Source: the human T2T-CHM13v2.0 reference genome, Homo sapiens
Assembly: GCF_009914755.1 (NCBI RefSeq)
Contig: NC_060925.1
Reading direction: 5' to 3' (one strand)
Length of the DNA stretch: 64,000 nucleotides
Part shown: piece after piece, positions 1-13,800 of the stretch
Layout of the letters: every line of letters starts with the position of its first letter
Numbering within the stretch: position 1 is the stretch's first letter
Notes under the pieces: generated by a model
The model's input: the letters and a program-made list of their open reading frames with translations, nothing else
Databases searched by the model: none
What the model was told of the DNA's origin: nothing
Made by a program: the position numbers and the translations under genes

Positions 1-335
1 CATGCTGAGTTCAGTTACAACAGTCACACTTGGACTGTATTCAAAGTTGCCCACTCATCCACCACAGCTACTCAAAGACATTTAACTCGCTAGCCATTAT
101 CCAACCGCATTTACCAGACGCTCAGTCTTGAGGGAGGAGGGTAACGCAGTAGGGGATGCGGAGTATTGGTGTCATCCTACAGGTTAAGGACAAACATGCC
201 CACTACAAGGACAGGGATACATCACCAACTTCAATTCAGCCCAGGGTTCATGTAGTAAGGGGTGGGTGATTCACTCCTGTGGGGGAGGCAGGGCGGGGGC
301 GGTTGGGGGAGGCGGTTAGGAAAAAGGAAAATCGT

Positions 336-345
336 GGAAAGTCCC
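336..345 (-). promoter_or_regulatory. Canonical NF-kB site in intron 1
   Basis: GGAAAGTCCC = GGGACTTTCC on the minus strand; motif only, function untested. Confidence 0.4.
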
Positions 346-1277
346 AGAGGAAGTGGTAGTCAGTTCCCGATGCATGGCCATAATGTACATTGGCCATAAG
401 GTACACTCAGCGCCTCTGTGTCGCTGCTCCCCCTCAACCTTTTACTCACCCACTCCTCCCAACACGCGCCTCACCCGTGCCTCCATGCACAATCCTGAGC
501 CTCGGCATCCCCGCGAGGTGCAGGTTCCAGCTTTGCCCACCACCCCACCACCTACCTACATGGACACGTGTGGTTGGAATGCCTCCCGGGGCTAGACGGC
601 CACCCCTCTTGGGCTGCGAGCTGCTGCCCATCTCTCCACCCACCCGTCCTTATTGTGTCATTTGCCCGGTCTGATGGCAGCCCCAAAGCCGCTCATTTGA
701 GTGGGCTAGAATGGAGAAGAGAGGAAAAGGGAGGCACACATTTCATTCACTAGGACCCAAGATGACCTGCCGCCTCTCTCCTGCCCTTCTCGGAGCCCCC
801 CACCCTCCCTTAGCCCCAGTGGGGCTGGAGGCACGAACAGACAAGGCAAGGGGAGCGCAGTCCGTCAAGGTCCACAGCTGCACACAAAGCCCTTCACCTT
901 CTCCTTGCCTTCCAAGCTCCTCCCTGGGCTTGGTTTCTCCGAGGGTCTCTGATGCCCCCTTCGGTGGTCGGCGGGACGGTCCTATTCCCTCTTGCATCGC
1001 TGTCTCCTCCCTCAAGTCTCAGCCTCCTCCTCCCCGCCCCTCGCCACATACCCCTGAGGGAGCTCAGTCCTGGCTTTGGGGGCGCGAGAGCACCCCATAA
1101 GCCCGGGGCCCTGCGCCCCAGGGGAGCGGACAACGGTCCACTTTACGAGGCACAACTTCGCCCAGCCGTTCCGCCACCGCACTCGAACACACACCCCATC
1201 CCCGCAGCGGTCGGGTCTGGTCCCGATCAGCCCCATCCCCGGGAGGCGGTTGAGCCCAGCCACAGCCACGCTCCTAC

Positions 1278-1409
1278 CTGCGAGGCGGCTGGCGCGGCGA
1301 GGAGCTAGGGCACCGAGCGCCCCGGCCCGAGCCCCGCACCGCAGCGCGTCTGCCCTTGTGCGGCGGCGGCGGCTGCAGCGGCCGCTGGGTGGCCCGCTGG
1401 CTGGCTGGT

Positions 1410-1442
<33 letters not shown>

Positions 1443-1473
1443 CGCTGGCTGGCTGCCCGGCTGACTCCTCACT
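1278..1473 (-). other. Non-coding (5' UTR) first exon of an unidentified minus-strand gene; TSS approximate
   Basis: Minus-strand donor CAG|GTAGGA (plus strand ctcctacctg, 1271-1280); no minus-strand ATG between 1278 and 1473; Inr-like CCCAGT near 1473; lies in the CpG island. Confidence 0.65.
1396..1455. repeat. (GCTG)15 / (CAGC)15 tetranucleotide repeat with 2 interruptions
   Basis: 15 units counted; unit 4 = GTTG, unit 12 = GCTC; longest pure run 7 units. Confidence 0.95.
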
Positions 1474-1527
1474 GGGGCTTCCTGTAGGGCTGGACAAAGG
1501 ACATTTCCTGGGAGGAGCGGGAGAATG

Positions 1528-1554
1528 TTCCCAGCATGCCTCGATTTGTAGTTC
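1528..1554. promoter_or_regulatory. ZNF143/Staf-binding site plus inverted ACTACA element
   Basis: TTCCCAGCATGCCTCG (1528-1543) fits the SBS consensus; TTTGTAGTTC (1545-1554) reads GAACTACAAA on the minus strand. Confidence 0.55.
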
Positions 1555-2597
1555 CCGGGGACTTCCTGCCACCGCAGCAGCGGGCGCCCTGGAGGTAGCT
1601 CGGGCCAGGCTAGGACTCCGGGACAGGAGGAAAGGCGCTCGCTGCTTCTCTAAGCGCTGTGGGGAAGGGAGCGGCCGGCGGGTCTTGCCCCACGCCCCGC
1701 CCCGCGGCGCTCAAGGAGCCCGCTGTCCCGGAGCACGCGAGATCCCAGCGCTGCACTCCGAGCTCGCGGCACCGGTTGCGGGCAGCCGGTGGGACGCTGC
1801 CGCTGAGCTGTCCCATGGTTCGGGAGGGCTCTGCGGTGGGAGAGGCCTTTTCTTTAAAAACTGGGAAGTTTGTGGTGGGTTCGCTTTTTAAAAATTAATC
1901 TAAAAACACAAAATCTATCTTTTAAAATAGATTTTCTTTTTGTCTTTTACGCCGTTGACATCCTGCTGGGGGCCGATTAAAGAACTTGATTGCTCACCAG
2001 GAATTCAGGTTCCTTAAGATCTTGGCGCTTCATCTTTAAAACCATACAGAGCTGATTGTTTCCAGATCCCGACCCGGTGACATTCCTCCCTCATTGTTGA
2101 CCTTGTCCCAAACATCTTTTCAAGAAAAGCAATTAAATTGAGATTGAAAATAAATTACGTAAATTAAATATTAGACGTGAAAACCTGTGTGCTGCTGAAT
2201 TAGGAAAGTGCTGGACTTTCTGCGTATCTTTCCTTCATTAACCTTTAGGATTCAGCTTCTTGGTCCCATAAAACAGATGTGCTGGCCACTGTATATTGAG
2301 TGTGTGTATTTCGGGAGTGGAAGGGTGAGGAGAAGAGGACATTGGCTACAAGAGAGGAACTCTACTTCCAGCCTAGCAAGAGTCTATGATGCCCTGCACA
2401 TGTTTTTGTCTATTTCTGGGACCACAGACTCAGGACCCTTAGAAAATCAAGGAAGGACCACATAGAGACTAAATGACTAAAAGCTATATTCTCTCCTGGA
2501 GCATGAGCAGAAAGTAATAAACTGAACTAGGAAAGGACAAGTTCTAGGATGCTCTAGAATGTGTTTGAAAAGTAATCAGATAGAAAAGTCTCTGGGA

Positions 2598-3200
<603 letters not shown>

Positions 3201-3679
3201 AGGTCATAATTACGTGTCACTTCCACTTGTCATTTCACATTTTAAATCCATATGATTAAAACATTTGGGTGAAGGGTTTAGCTTACATTTAAGTAAAGTT
3301 TATGCTAGAGTTCTCTTTCTCTAGAGATCCTTAACCTCACGGATAAGATGGCCTGGATTAAAATGTAGAATTGATGAGAAGCATGCAGATAGGACTGTTC
3401 ACCTCCCAAAAGTTCCTGTTGTATGCCCACCCTAAAGGTCCTGCTGTATGCCCACTCTGTTGACTGTCCACCTAAATTAATTGTGCTGTGATCCTTGCAT
3501 TTTCTGGACCCTACAAATTACTGCTCCTTCATATTCTCAACCTGGTAACATTCCAGTGAAACTAATCTCCCCATCTCCACCCCAAAGAATTGATTATTGT
3601 TTTGCAAATCAAGTAGCCTCTAATAGTGTTCAGTCTGAAAAACATGATATACTTGCTTGTAGCATTTAACATATAACAT

Positions 3680-4320
3680 TGCCCATTGAAACTATTTTTT
3701 GCCTTGCTTTTAATACAACACACTCTCCTCCTTCTCCTACACTTCTAACTTGAGCTCAGAATAATTGAACTTTCACTCATTATTTCACGCCATTCCAAAC
3801 CTGTCCCATCCTTTTGTTTCCAATCTCAGTTATTTTGTTACTTCAACAAAGTTTTGTTTAACATTTATTCATGCTAGTCTCCATGTCTGGAGTAGACATG
3901 TAACATTCAACAGTAAGATATTTTACTGAGTAACTACCAGCTATGTCTTACCCCCAAGAAGCCCACACTCCAGTTGAAAAGACAGATGTCACAAAATTAC
4001 TTCACAGTGTTTAAGGGCTATAATGCTGCCTTATACTGGGGTTCGTGTTCTGTAAAAGTGGGGCTCTTTCCATAAGCCTTCTGTTCCAGTGAGTGGCAGG
4101 AGTGGACAGGAGTGGCCAGAGGAAGGCTTGGGAGGGAGGAAATACAGACGGTAAAGAAGACATGTAGTATGTGAAATTTGGTTCTGAACAGGGTGGTAGC
4201 TGAGAAGGAAGTCGGATCAAAGGACATTCTTCTGTTTGTAGGGGTTTTATTTGTTCGGTTTTTAAGATGAGAGAGCCTTGAGGATGTTTAAATGCTGATG
4301 AGAAAAGTCTTGGAGAGAAA
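3680..4320. mobile_element. L2 relics
   Basis: Degenerate L2-like text (cttcaacaaa...atttatt, gagccttgaggatgtttaaatgctgatg); boundaries approximate. Confidence 0.45.
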
Positions 4321-4844
4321 CAAAGGGTAACAAAGAGGAACGAAAGAGGATAAGGGATTCTTATTCAACAAATACTTGTTGAATTAACTAATTCCTGCAA
4401 CTTAGTGTTGAAAATGTTGAGATTGAAATGACCAAACTGCATATTCCCAGCTAAGATACGCAGAGTCTGAGACCAGAAGGAAATGGCATTTCTTTCCTCC
4501 TTGTCATATGCTCTCTCCTGCCCTTGAGGCCCTCAGGGGAAGGTGACAGACAAGTGAATGAAAGGAGAGAATGGAGGCTTCCTCCACTGTTGAAGATTAA
4601 GTCTTTTCCAAGTTGACAATAGGTTGGAAAGGCACACCACAACTTCAGGAAAGTCCAAACTTTCAAGCCTGTGGATTTTCATTTCATCTTTAAACTAAAA
4701 AAAATTTTACCCTTGCCCTTTTCTTTTTCTTCTTCACCACTTTGAGGCAAAGTAAATAATGATTCTCATCCTCATCTTTCAGAGAGTTGAGTCTGGACAG
4801 ATTTGCTTACATTTTTTTAAGCTTTCAAGTATAAAATGGATGGA

Positions 4845-7195
4845 CCTCTGTTGTTTTTCTTAACCTAGCAAGCATCCCTTTCCCTTTTTTTGGTAACAGC
4901 ACCTTTGAGAAAAAACCCCATTTCCACCCTTAGGTCTTGTGGTTTAGAGAAGGGCAGAGCCCATCTTCACCTCCACTTCATTGGCAGGTAGTGATCAAGA
5001 CCCGCCAATTAGCCAATTCAGTGTTGTATGAGGGATAAGCTATTAAAGGAAACAAAGCTGAGAAAAGGGGTGTGGGAAGGGATGTATGCATAAGCAAATT
5101 TTTATGACTTGTTTGATCATGCCTGAAGCCAAGGTACCCTTAGACTTTTTAGTTACATGAGCCAAAACATTCCCTTCTGGGCTTAAGCTATTTTGGGTTA
5201 AGTTCTATCTCTTGCAGCCAAAAGAGTTCTATATAGCTGGAAGTGGGATGCTGTAGTGCAGATCCTTAAATGTAAAATTGGCTGAGTTGAGAAATGGTGA
5301 AAGTAGGAAAGATCCCTCTGTGCCAGGCTAGAGAACTGGAAATTCTTGTGATATGGTAGCCAGGAAACTGAGTGAGAGGTCTCAGACCCCAGCATTTCCA
5401 GGGTGGAGTTTGAGAGGTCTTGATTGACAAATGTCAGGGTTTTAGAGAGTTTGGTCTACTTATAGTTTTTATAAATGTTCCAAAGAAAAAGCCATGCTAA
5501 TGTTGAAACTGGCCTATGTAGTAGCAGAGAGGAAAAAATTACAGTGTGATTAAAAGATTCCCCTTCTACCAGTAGCCAGCAAACCCAAATGGTCTGGAGT
5601 CAGATATATTGAGCCATGCCACGTTAGAAAACTAAAATCCTCTGCCTCTTACACAGTGACAGCAAAGGCATAAGTAAAAAACTGATAATAGACTGTCTCC
5701 TGAGTCTACATCAAACTCCTCCTGCTGTGCTGTTCCTGCCAGAGGAAGGGAAGAATTAACCCCATTTTAATTGGGTGACCATATCATTTCTTATCAAAAT
5801 GGGACAATTCTGAGTGTGAGTATGGGTGCTATTAATAATTATACCTAGGTGACAGCTCTAAAGCAGGTCACCCTAATTAAAGAGCTATCTACTAGGACAC
5901 CATCTTGCATCAAAAGGCCACTCCATTAGTCCTCCTCATCTGCAGATAGTTATTTCAAGTTGCCCTAGGCAGAGGCCAAGATGGTGGCTGTTAAACTGAA
6001 GACTGTTAAAATGAGTCATCTCTAAGGCTTTTCCTTAAAAGACAGAAACTCCCAGGACAGGGTCTAGAGCGTAGATAGACTCCATACCTCTGAAATACAA
6101 GAGAAGGCGGGGGGTGGCTAAAACAATTCGGTCCCAAGAACGGGAATCCTTCTCAATTCCCTTTACAGTTGTGATCATGGAGGAAAATAGTCAACAGGAA
6201 TCCTTTCTGAGAGTAAAGCTGAAGGTAGCTAAATTGGCCAAAGAACTCAATTCCTGTGAGGCAGATAATTCTTGCTATTTCTAATTAGCAGAATGTAACA
6301 CATCCTATGGTACAGTCTCCATACTGATTATTTACCCTTTCCTTGCTTTCCTGTAGGAGTTACTCAATTTTACCCTCTACTGTTTTATACTGACTATGTG
6401 GGGAGTAATCAGATTTGTAGTTTTGTCATATGTTGTCAGAAAGAGAGAATGAAAATCACTTAACGGTAATGGACTGGGAGCTAGACACAAAGAAAAAACA
6501 AGAGAAATGAAACGAGTTAGACATGTGAAAATGCATTTACCTTTTGGATTGTGGGTGAATGCATTTTCATGCATATGTAGAATAATTGCATGCTATTAAG
6601 TGGGGGCATTTTAAAAACTGTATGGAAGAAGGGAAGCCAAGAGATGAACTGTCAAGTGTGGCTGCTATTTTTTGACGGCTCAGCATTCATTCCCACTTTC
6701 TTGTAACAGCACTCTAATTTTCCTTCTGAGGAACAACCCCTCCTTCAACTTTAGTCTTGTCTGGAAGAGGGTCTATCTTTCCCTACCTCTACCACTTCAT
6801 CGCCCAGTTCTGAGGCTGGATCTATAACCCAGGCCTGGCCAATCAGTGCCTCCCATAGCTCACAGACCAGTAATTGTGTCAGAGATGGGCATATGACCCA
6901 GAAGATAAAATCAAAGAAGCCCTCTTTCTCTGTTGGAATTGCTAGTTGAAAAAAATAACATTAAGCTGAACATGCTGGAATGTATAGCCTGAATGTGGAG
7001 TCAATACAGAGAGTGGAAGAGCTGAGACAGGGAGACACAGAAAAAGAGAAATTGACTTGAGCTCTTCATTCCAAGCATTTCGAAATCTATCCTTGCACTT
7101 TTTAGTTCTGGGAACCATTAAATTCTCCTCCCCCACCATTTTATTTATCTGATTTGAATTGGATTTTTGCCTAGTTCAACAGAAATAGTTCTGAG
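4845..7195 (+). mobile_element. Ancient MLT1-type MaLR, probably LTR (~4845-5230) / internal / LTR (~6655-7195)
   Basis: Both ends share MLT1 LTR features (taacagcac, gccaat, gttacatgagccaa / gggaaccattaaattc); internal start gaagtgggatgctg...taaatgt resembles MLT1-int. Confidence 0.5.
5770..5876. mobile_element. hAT-Tip100 MITE (MER96/MER91-like)
   Basis: Terminal inverted repeats gggtgacc ... ggtcaccc. Confidence 0.6.
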
Positions 7196-7455
7196 CAAAC
7201 TCAGAATTTTAATGTTTTTTGGAATTTTTCGTGGTCAAATTACTCAGGAAAGAGGGATGTGAGAACAAGACAGGGGAAAAGGGGTAGGTTCACATGAAAA
7301 ACAGCTTCCAGTGAAATGTTCTTTTCCTTATTAGAGACACTGTGGTTCCCACCGCCAGCTCCCTAACTCCATAATCCAGGCTGGAGAATTAGGACTATGT
7401 GTGGTAAACTGACCACTTTCTAGGACATAAATGATGGGGACACATGGATCACTCA

Positions 7456-7835
<380 letters not shown>

Positions 7836-10800
7836 ATTCATTCCTTAAAGTGATTGTTTAGCCTGGTTGGTTTATTAGTAGGTAACACACAGCTTGGTTT
7901 TCCAATTTTATGTTTTGTTTTGTGTCCTGGTGGCATTTAGCTGCTTCATCTTAAGTCCTAAAACTTATATTCTATTCCCACCCAGATCAGGGCCTTTCCC
8001 CCATTTATGCCTGGAGTCAACACTCCACCTCCAGCCCCAGCCTTTCTGTGGGTAGCTCCTTCTCATCTTAAACCTAAATGTCACCTGCTTATAGCAGTTT
8101 TCTCTGGCCACTCTATCTGAAGTAGCCCCCTTTATTTTCTGCTAGTCCTTTGTTTTCTTCTATTCAAAACGCTTTAAATTTTGTTTACCTGGCTTTTTTC
8201 TCTCTTGCAACTAGCTGGAAACTCCACAAGAGTAGGGATCTCTATGTCTGTATCATTCCTAATTTTGTCCCAAGAGTCCAACACTGTGCTCAGCTTTTAC
8301 AGTAGGAACTCATAAGAAATTTGCTGTATACACTTAATGAATATTTTTAAAGCAGCTGTGAGGAACATCACTGTTCATTTGTGGACAACTTGTCTTAGAT
8401 ATACTTTTTCAAAGTAAATTTTTATTGAAACGTAATGTATAAAAGTGCATATTTCATTAACATTTTCAGATTTTGAAGTATATCTTATTCCCTACAGGAG
8501 AATTTAGGGAAGGGGAAAGTGAAAGTATTTCCCAAAGGAAGTGGAGGGAGGAGGAGGGGATGTTATCACTGGGATTAGCTGGGCTGAAGACTGGCTCTAA
8601 AACATCCTGCCTTCTACAAATGTTTCTCCTAGCTAAAGGCAAAGACACTGTTTCTTTGCTGGGCTTCATATAGCCTGGAACCTCTAATCCCTCAAGGTTG
8701 GGAAGAGAAGGAAAATCAATTGTGAGTTACAGGAAAAGTAGATAACATAGGTCAAGGTGTAGATTTTACTCACCTCCACACTCCAAAAACTAGAAAGATA
8801 TTTAGTTTACTAAGCTTTTTAAACAAATCTGTATCTGATTTAATGGAGAAATTTTTGATGCTCTCTCTCTCTCTCTCTCAGATTAGATACAGGAAAAGGA
8901 TACTCAATATCACTGCTACTCTTCCACTTGGTACTGGAAATCTATTCCAACCCAACAAGAAAAGACAGTTAAATGTATAAAGATTAGAAATGAAGATACA
9001 AAACTGTTACTTGCAGATAGTCTGATCATTTACATGAAATTTATTATAAACCAGGAACCATCTAATGTGTTTAATATTCACATAATCTGTATTTCACAAA
9101 TAAGGAAAATAAGGCTCTGAGAGGCTGTATTTACCCAAGATCGTTCAGCAGTCGGATTCAGAGGCTGAATTTAAGTCCACGTAATCAGAAGGAAAAATGG
9201 GAACATTCAGAGTCAGAGTGTGAAAGCGAAAGCCAGGAAGCCCCATCCATCCATCCCTTCAACAGTGAACAAAATATGGTTCCATCCATTTATTCATTCA
9301 ATAGTAGAAAACATAGTGTGTTAATTTGCACCTGCTCTCTTCCCTGCACAGTGCTCAGCGCGAGGGACACCAAAATGAAGACTCAAGCCGTGAGCACAGT
9401 CCAGTGAAAGAATGATAACCACGCAAGGAGACAGAGCTGTTATCACTGAGCTTGCATAGCAGATAATGGGTGCTGAAGAAATTGGGGGTGTCAGAAATCA
9501 CTTCCCCAGTGGTGACGCCTGAGCCAAGTCTTAAGCGTAGATGTAGGTTTTCTGAGGAAGGAGCTAGGCACTTCAGGTAAGGGCAAAGACCTGCAATGCT
9601 GTGAAAGGTGGGACAGGGCAGCTGAAATGAAGAACATTGCCTGAGACTGGAGAAGTAGGAACGGACCCAGAATGCCATTGTGAACCATGCTGAGGAGTGT
9701 GGATAGTGGACACAGTATCACGGTAATGACATACAGACTCTCTATACCACTAGATAGACTAAAAGTAAATGACTCCATCCCTGTAGGCTGAATGAGGCAG
9801 TAAACTGCTTTGTTTTCTTTTACTGTGTCTACACTCAGTAGTCTCAGTTTCATTTCCATTGGCATGCTAATTTTCTTATAACGTACCACCAGTCACAGCT
9901 TTTTAAGTGGTGTCACCAAAACTTTCTCCTATTCTCAATAAAACTGCTTTGGCATCTAACTGACTTGACTAGCACGCCCCACCTACTCGTCTTTTCTCTG
10001 GAAGCATTGTGGCTTCATCACCAGGTTTATTGTTTCTGATCAACTAAGGAGATATGGCTTCAGTGAAGGAGAAAAGATAAATCTATTTATTCAATACATA
10101 TTTATGGAGCATTTACAGTGCTAGGAATACAATAGTGAATAAAATATGGTTTCTCCTCTCAAAGAGCTTATAGACTCGAGTTGACCAAACAGGTAATAAT
10201 AATATTTAGTGCCAGAATCAGAATCTCAGATATTCTGGTATTTGCTGATTCTAATACTGTGTGCTAAACCTTGTTCAATATGCTTTGTATATGAACCCTT
10301 TAGTCATTCAATACTCTTGACAACCTTATGAGGCAGGTACTATTGTTACCACCCTCACCCAATTTACCTTCCTTCCCCATTTCATCTTCTAGTTGGCTCA
10401 GAACCCAAACAGTGTAGCTCCAGTGTCTGTGCTCTGACCTTCTTCACGTTAATTTCTTAATGACAATCTAATGTGATAAATGACCTGATATAGACACACT
10501 ACATTAGAAAAATGTCCAGGGTGCTACTGGCACCTACCATAGTCTTAGGGGCCAGGAAACATTTTCTGACAAAGTTTCTAGCTGAGCCTGGAAGGGGGAG
10601 GAGTTGGCCAGGTACAGAGGAAGGAGGGAAGTGATTTGGGATCAAAGGAATCTTAAGTATAAAGATCCTGAGCCTAGAAACAACTTGTCACTCAGAAGAT
10701 CTACAGAGCATTTTGGAAGGCCAAAATGGGTCCAGGATGAGGGGGTGAGGGTGAGGGTGGGAAGGAGTAAAAATAAAGTTGGCTGTTTTAGATCTTAACA

Positions 10801-13800
10801 TTTTACTGCTAGAAGAAATTGCATAGACAAGGCAATAAAGCCAAGTTCCAGAAAATCCTGAATTTAAATATTACATCCCTTTTAAGGCATGCTGGTCTTT
10901 TTCTTCAAACCAAAATCAGAATCATTTTTTGGACTTGTGGACTTACTTAGGTAATAAGTCTCAGAAAAGTAGCTCTTATTAATTACATGGAATTTGATAT
11001 TTAACCATTCACCTTTGTTGAAAGAAATAAAAGTACATTAAATTATATAAAATTACCCCATAAATCAGTTGATACAGTGATTGAACTGTCATTCTTATAT
11101 TCAACATATATTTTTACTGAGCACTGCTATATATCAGGCCTAGTGTATGACACTGTAGGATACATCAGTGAAGAAGAAGAAGACAGGTGCTTGGGCTTGC
11201 AGTATGCATATTTCAGCAAATCCTAAGTATCTCGATCTGAAAAGCATGCTATCCATGCTATCTAGAATACATAAGGGTTTTAATCCAAACATCTAATTTT
11301 ACAAATGAAGAAACTGAAGAGGTTAAGTGATTTACCCAAATTCACGCATTTCAGTTTAGTACGGTGCTGGAGACTTGACCTAGTGTCACACACTGGCAAG
11401 CCATTGCTCTCTCCAATAACACCCCACGCCCTCATATATTATGAACCATGGATTTAAGAGAGTTGTTTGACAAGAAGTCAAGGAGTCTTGTAAGACAGGA
11501 TTCTCCTTGCAATATTTCTTTAATAATCTCATATTCTCCTTCACTAGTGAAATAATAGCCTACAGATGTCCAACATCGTCCTCTTTGCAAAAATGTTTTC
11601 ACATTCATTATTTCATTTGAGCTTTGAGTGGCCCTATGAAGTAGATTCTGTAGATATTAATATCCACATTTTACAGATGCGAAAAATGAGTTTAGAGAGT
11701 TTCAGTGACATGAGCATGGTTACAAAGTGAGGACCAGACTAAGGGCAGACTCAGCTGCCCCAGGCCTCAATTCATGGATGCACTAAAATATTACTGGAAT
11801 TAATCAGAGATTCAGTCCTATTTAACTCAAGTTTTTACCAACACTACAACACAAGTGATGAAATGTAAATTAGTTTTTACTCCCACTTAAGAAGGAAGTG
11901 TGTTTGGATAGAAATGTAAAAACACTCCTAGGGCTGCAGATTTATCTGCGATATATACATGCATGTTTCTTGGTGTAATTAGAGTCCTATCCCAATCCTA
12001 AGAAGATCAGAAGCTAGCAGTTGAATTCTGAAACTGAACAATGTGTGGCATAGCACAGGGAATAAGATATTTTTTAGACTATTAATTTTAATTCATTTAG
12101 TATATCTCCCATTGAGATTATCTAATTGGACAATTGAAATGAAAACTGGAGAACAAAAACTATAGAAATGTGGCAAATGTTTTATTGGTATGAGAGCCAA
12201 TAAATAAATAACTAATACAGGAGAAACTTTAAAAACATATTCCTGTGTATAGATTCTGCAAGTGATGTGTGAATACATTTTTGCTATGAAGGAATTACCA
12301 TTAAGCATTTAGATTAAAAAGTAAAGTTCACTTTTCGTATGCCACCAGTGGTCTCGCTATCCTCATAGCACTTTCAGAAAAAATATTTTGACCAAGCCTG
12401 TGTAACTACACCAAGCAAGTTATCTTTGCCCTTTGTGAGCGTGAGTGAATAATGCTTTCTAGTTATGAACACTAGAAAAATTGTGAAGCAAAGAACAATT
12501 CCAAATAAGTAGAATATTCTGCTCTAGTTAGTGCATATAGCAAATCCCCTATTTGAGCATAAAGAGATATTTTATTTTATTAATGAGAATAATCATCAAC
12601 TTTCACATCTCTTGCTGCAAAAGGATATTAATTTGGAGGGACACCAAATTATCTAGGGACTGGATCTCACTCTTAAGACTTCTATTCAGTGGCTGAGGCT
12701 CAGCTTTCCATTTTACAGGTTTTTTTTCTCTCTCTAAATTCCCCTTTCCCTACTATATATTCCTCCCCCCAATGAATGCCTATCATTCTGATAAACTGGA
12801 CCACAAAATACTCGTTTCATTTTATACTGTTTTAATTGGCTCTTGGGATGTTTCATGCAATCTATTGGTTCTGTCTCCCCAGTTTGAAGCTCTTTGGCAC
12901 AGGGATGTTGCCTCATGCTTTGCCTGTCCCACCGAGTGCTTCCAGCTGTGCTGCACACAGAGCAGTTCAGGAGTCCCTCCAGGAATGTAGCCCTCCCCCT
13001 CTCTCTTCTACAAAACTCAGAGGGACTCTTCAGGAGCCACATGCTCTCATCAAGCAGAAACTTTTTAAGAGGTAGACAACAACCCAGAGTGGACACAGAG
13101 CTGGTGCTCTTCCAGTAGAGGTAAGTCTTGGCCAGCTCTCAGTGCCCTGGCTCTGTAAGCCTCCCTCCCAACAACCTCACTGAGCCTCTTGCTGGGCCTG
13201 ATCCCCGAAGTAGACTTTCCCTTGTCATGTAGTTAGTACTCCAGCTGCACTCACTTCCCAGCTTAACTTCCTGACTCTTCTCAACCAGAAATCTTTTCTG
13301 GTTCACAACTTTAACTATATTAGCTCTCTTATTTTTCAAACTTTGTATCCCTTTCCTACTGTAGGACTCACTATGATAGCTTCAGTTTCTCTTGGCTGCT
13401 TCTGGAGGCACTTCATCCATTAGCAATGGATTCTTTAATAGTTGCTTTAATTATCAACACTTACAGTTATGTACAGAGATTTCCCAGATTAGGCTATAAA
13501 ATGTTTCCCTCCATCCATGTCCATGCAATGGGGACTTTTGTCCTGTATAATTGTGTCTTATGGGCTTAAATTATACCAGTATGTTCTCCATTCACGTTTT
13601 TCCCCTGTGAGATTTTATTCATGGCAATTTGTTTCAGCTGTTGATATAGAGAAACCAGTTTAACAGCTTCAAAAGGTCAACTGAAAAAGGAACCAGTCAT
13701 CCTGTGTACTCATTAAAAATAAATGGAAGCATTATGGAGAGTTATTATATATCTTAAGACTTTTTTGGAGGGGAAATGGAATGCAGGGCCAGGTGGGAGA

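Larger units (their letters stand above)
960..1830. promoter_or_regulatory. CpG island / promoter of a minus-strand gene
   Basis: Very GC-rich with dense CpG (e.g. gcggcggcggcggctgcagcggccgc, cgccccgccccgcggcgc), in sharp contrast to the CpG-depleted remainder; GC boxes and ETS-type cttcct motifs. Confidence 0.9.

Noticed and set aside
1396-1455. Likeness to the myotonic dystrophy type 2 repeat
   Set aside because: DM2 is CCTG/CAGG; this is GCTG/CAGC, a different motif.
1278-1473. Naming the minus-strand gene
   Set aside because: Only a non-coding exon is present and I do not reliably recognise it; a BLAT search is needed.
1012-1891. Long ORFs over the CpG island (271 aa with (LAGW)n; 186 aa with (PASQ)n)
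   Set aside because: Non-ATG starts and the stop-poor background of GC-rich DNA; the peptide repeats are just the 4-nt repeat translated.
3414-3456. Short direct repeats (also ~19604-19655, 39711-39732, 58234-58253) as CRISPR-like or functional arrays
   Set aside because: Two-copy slippage duplications with no array structure, in eukaryotic DNA.
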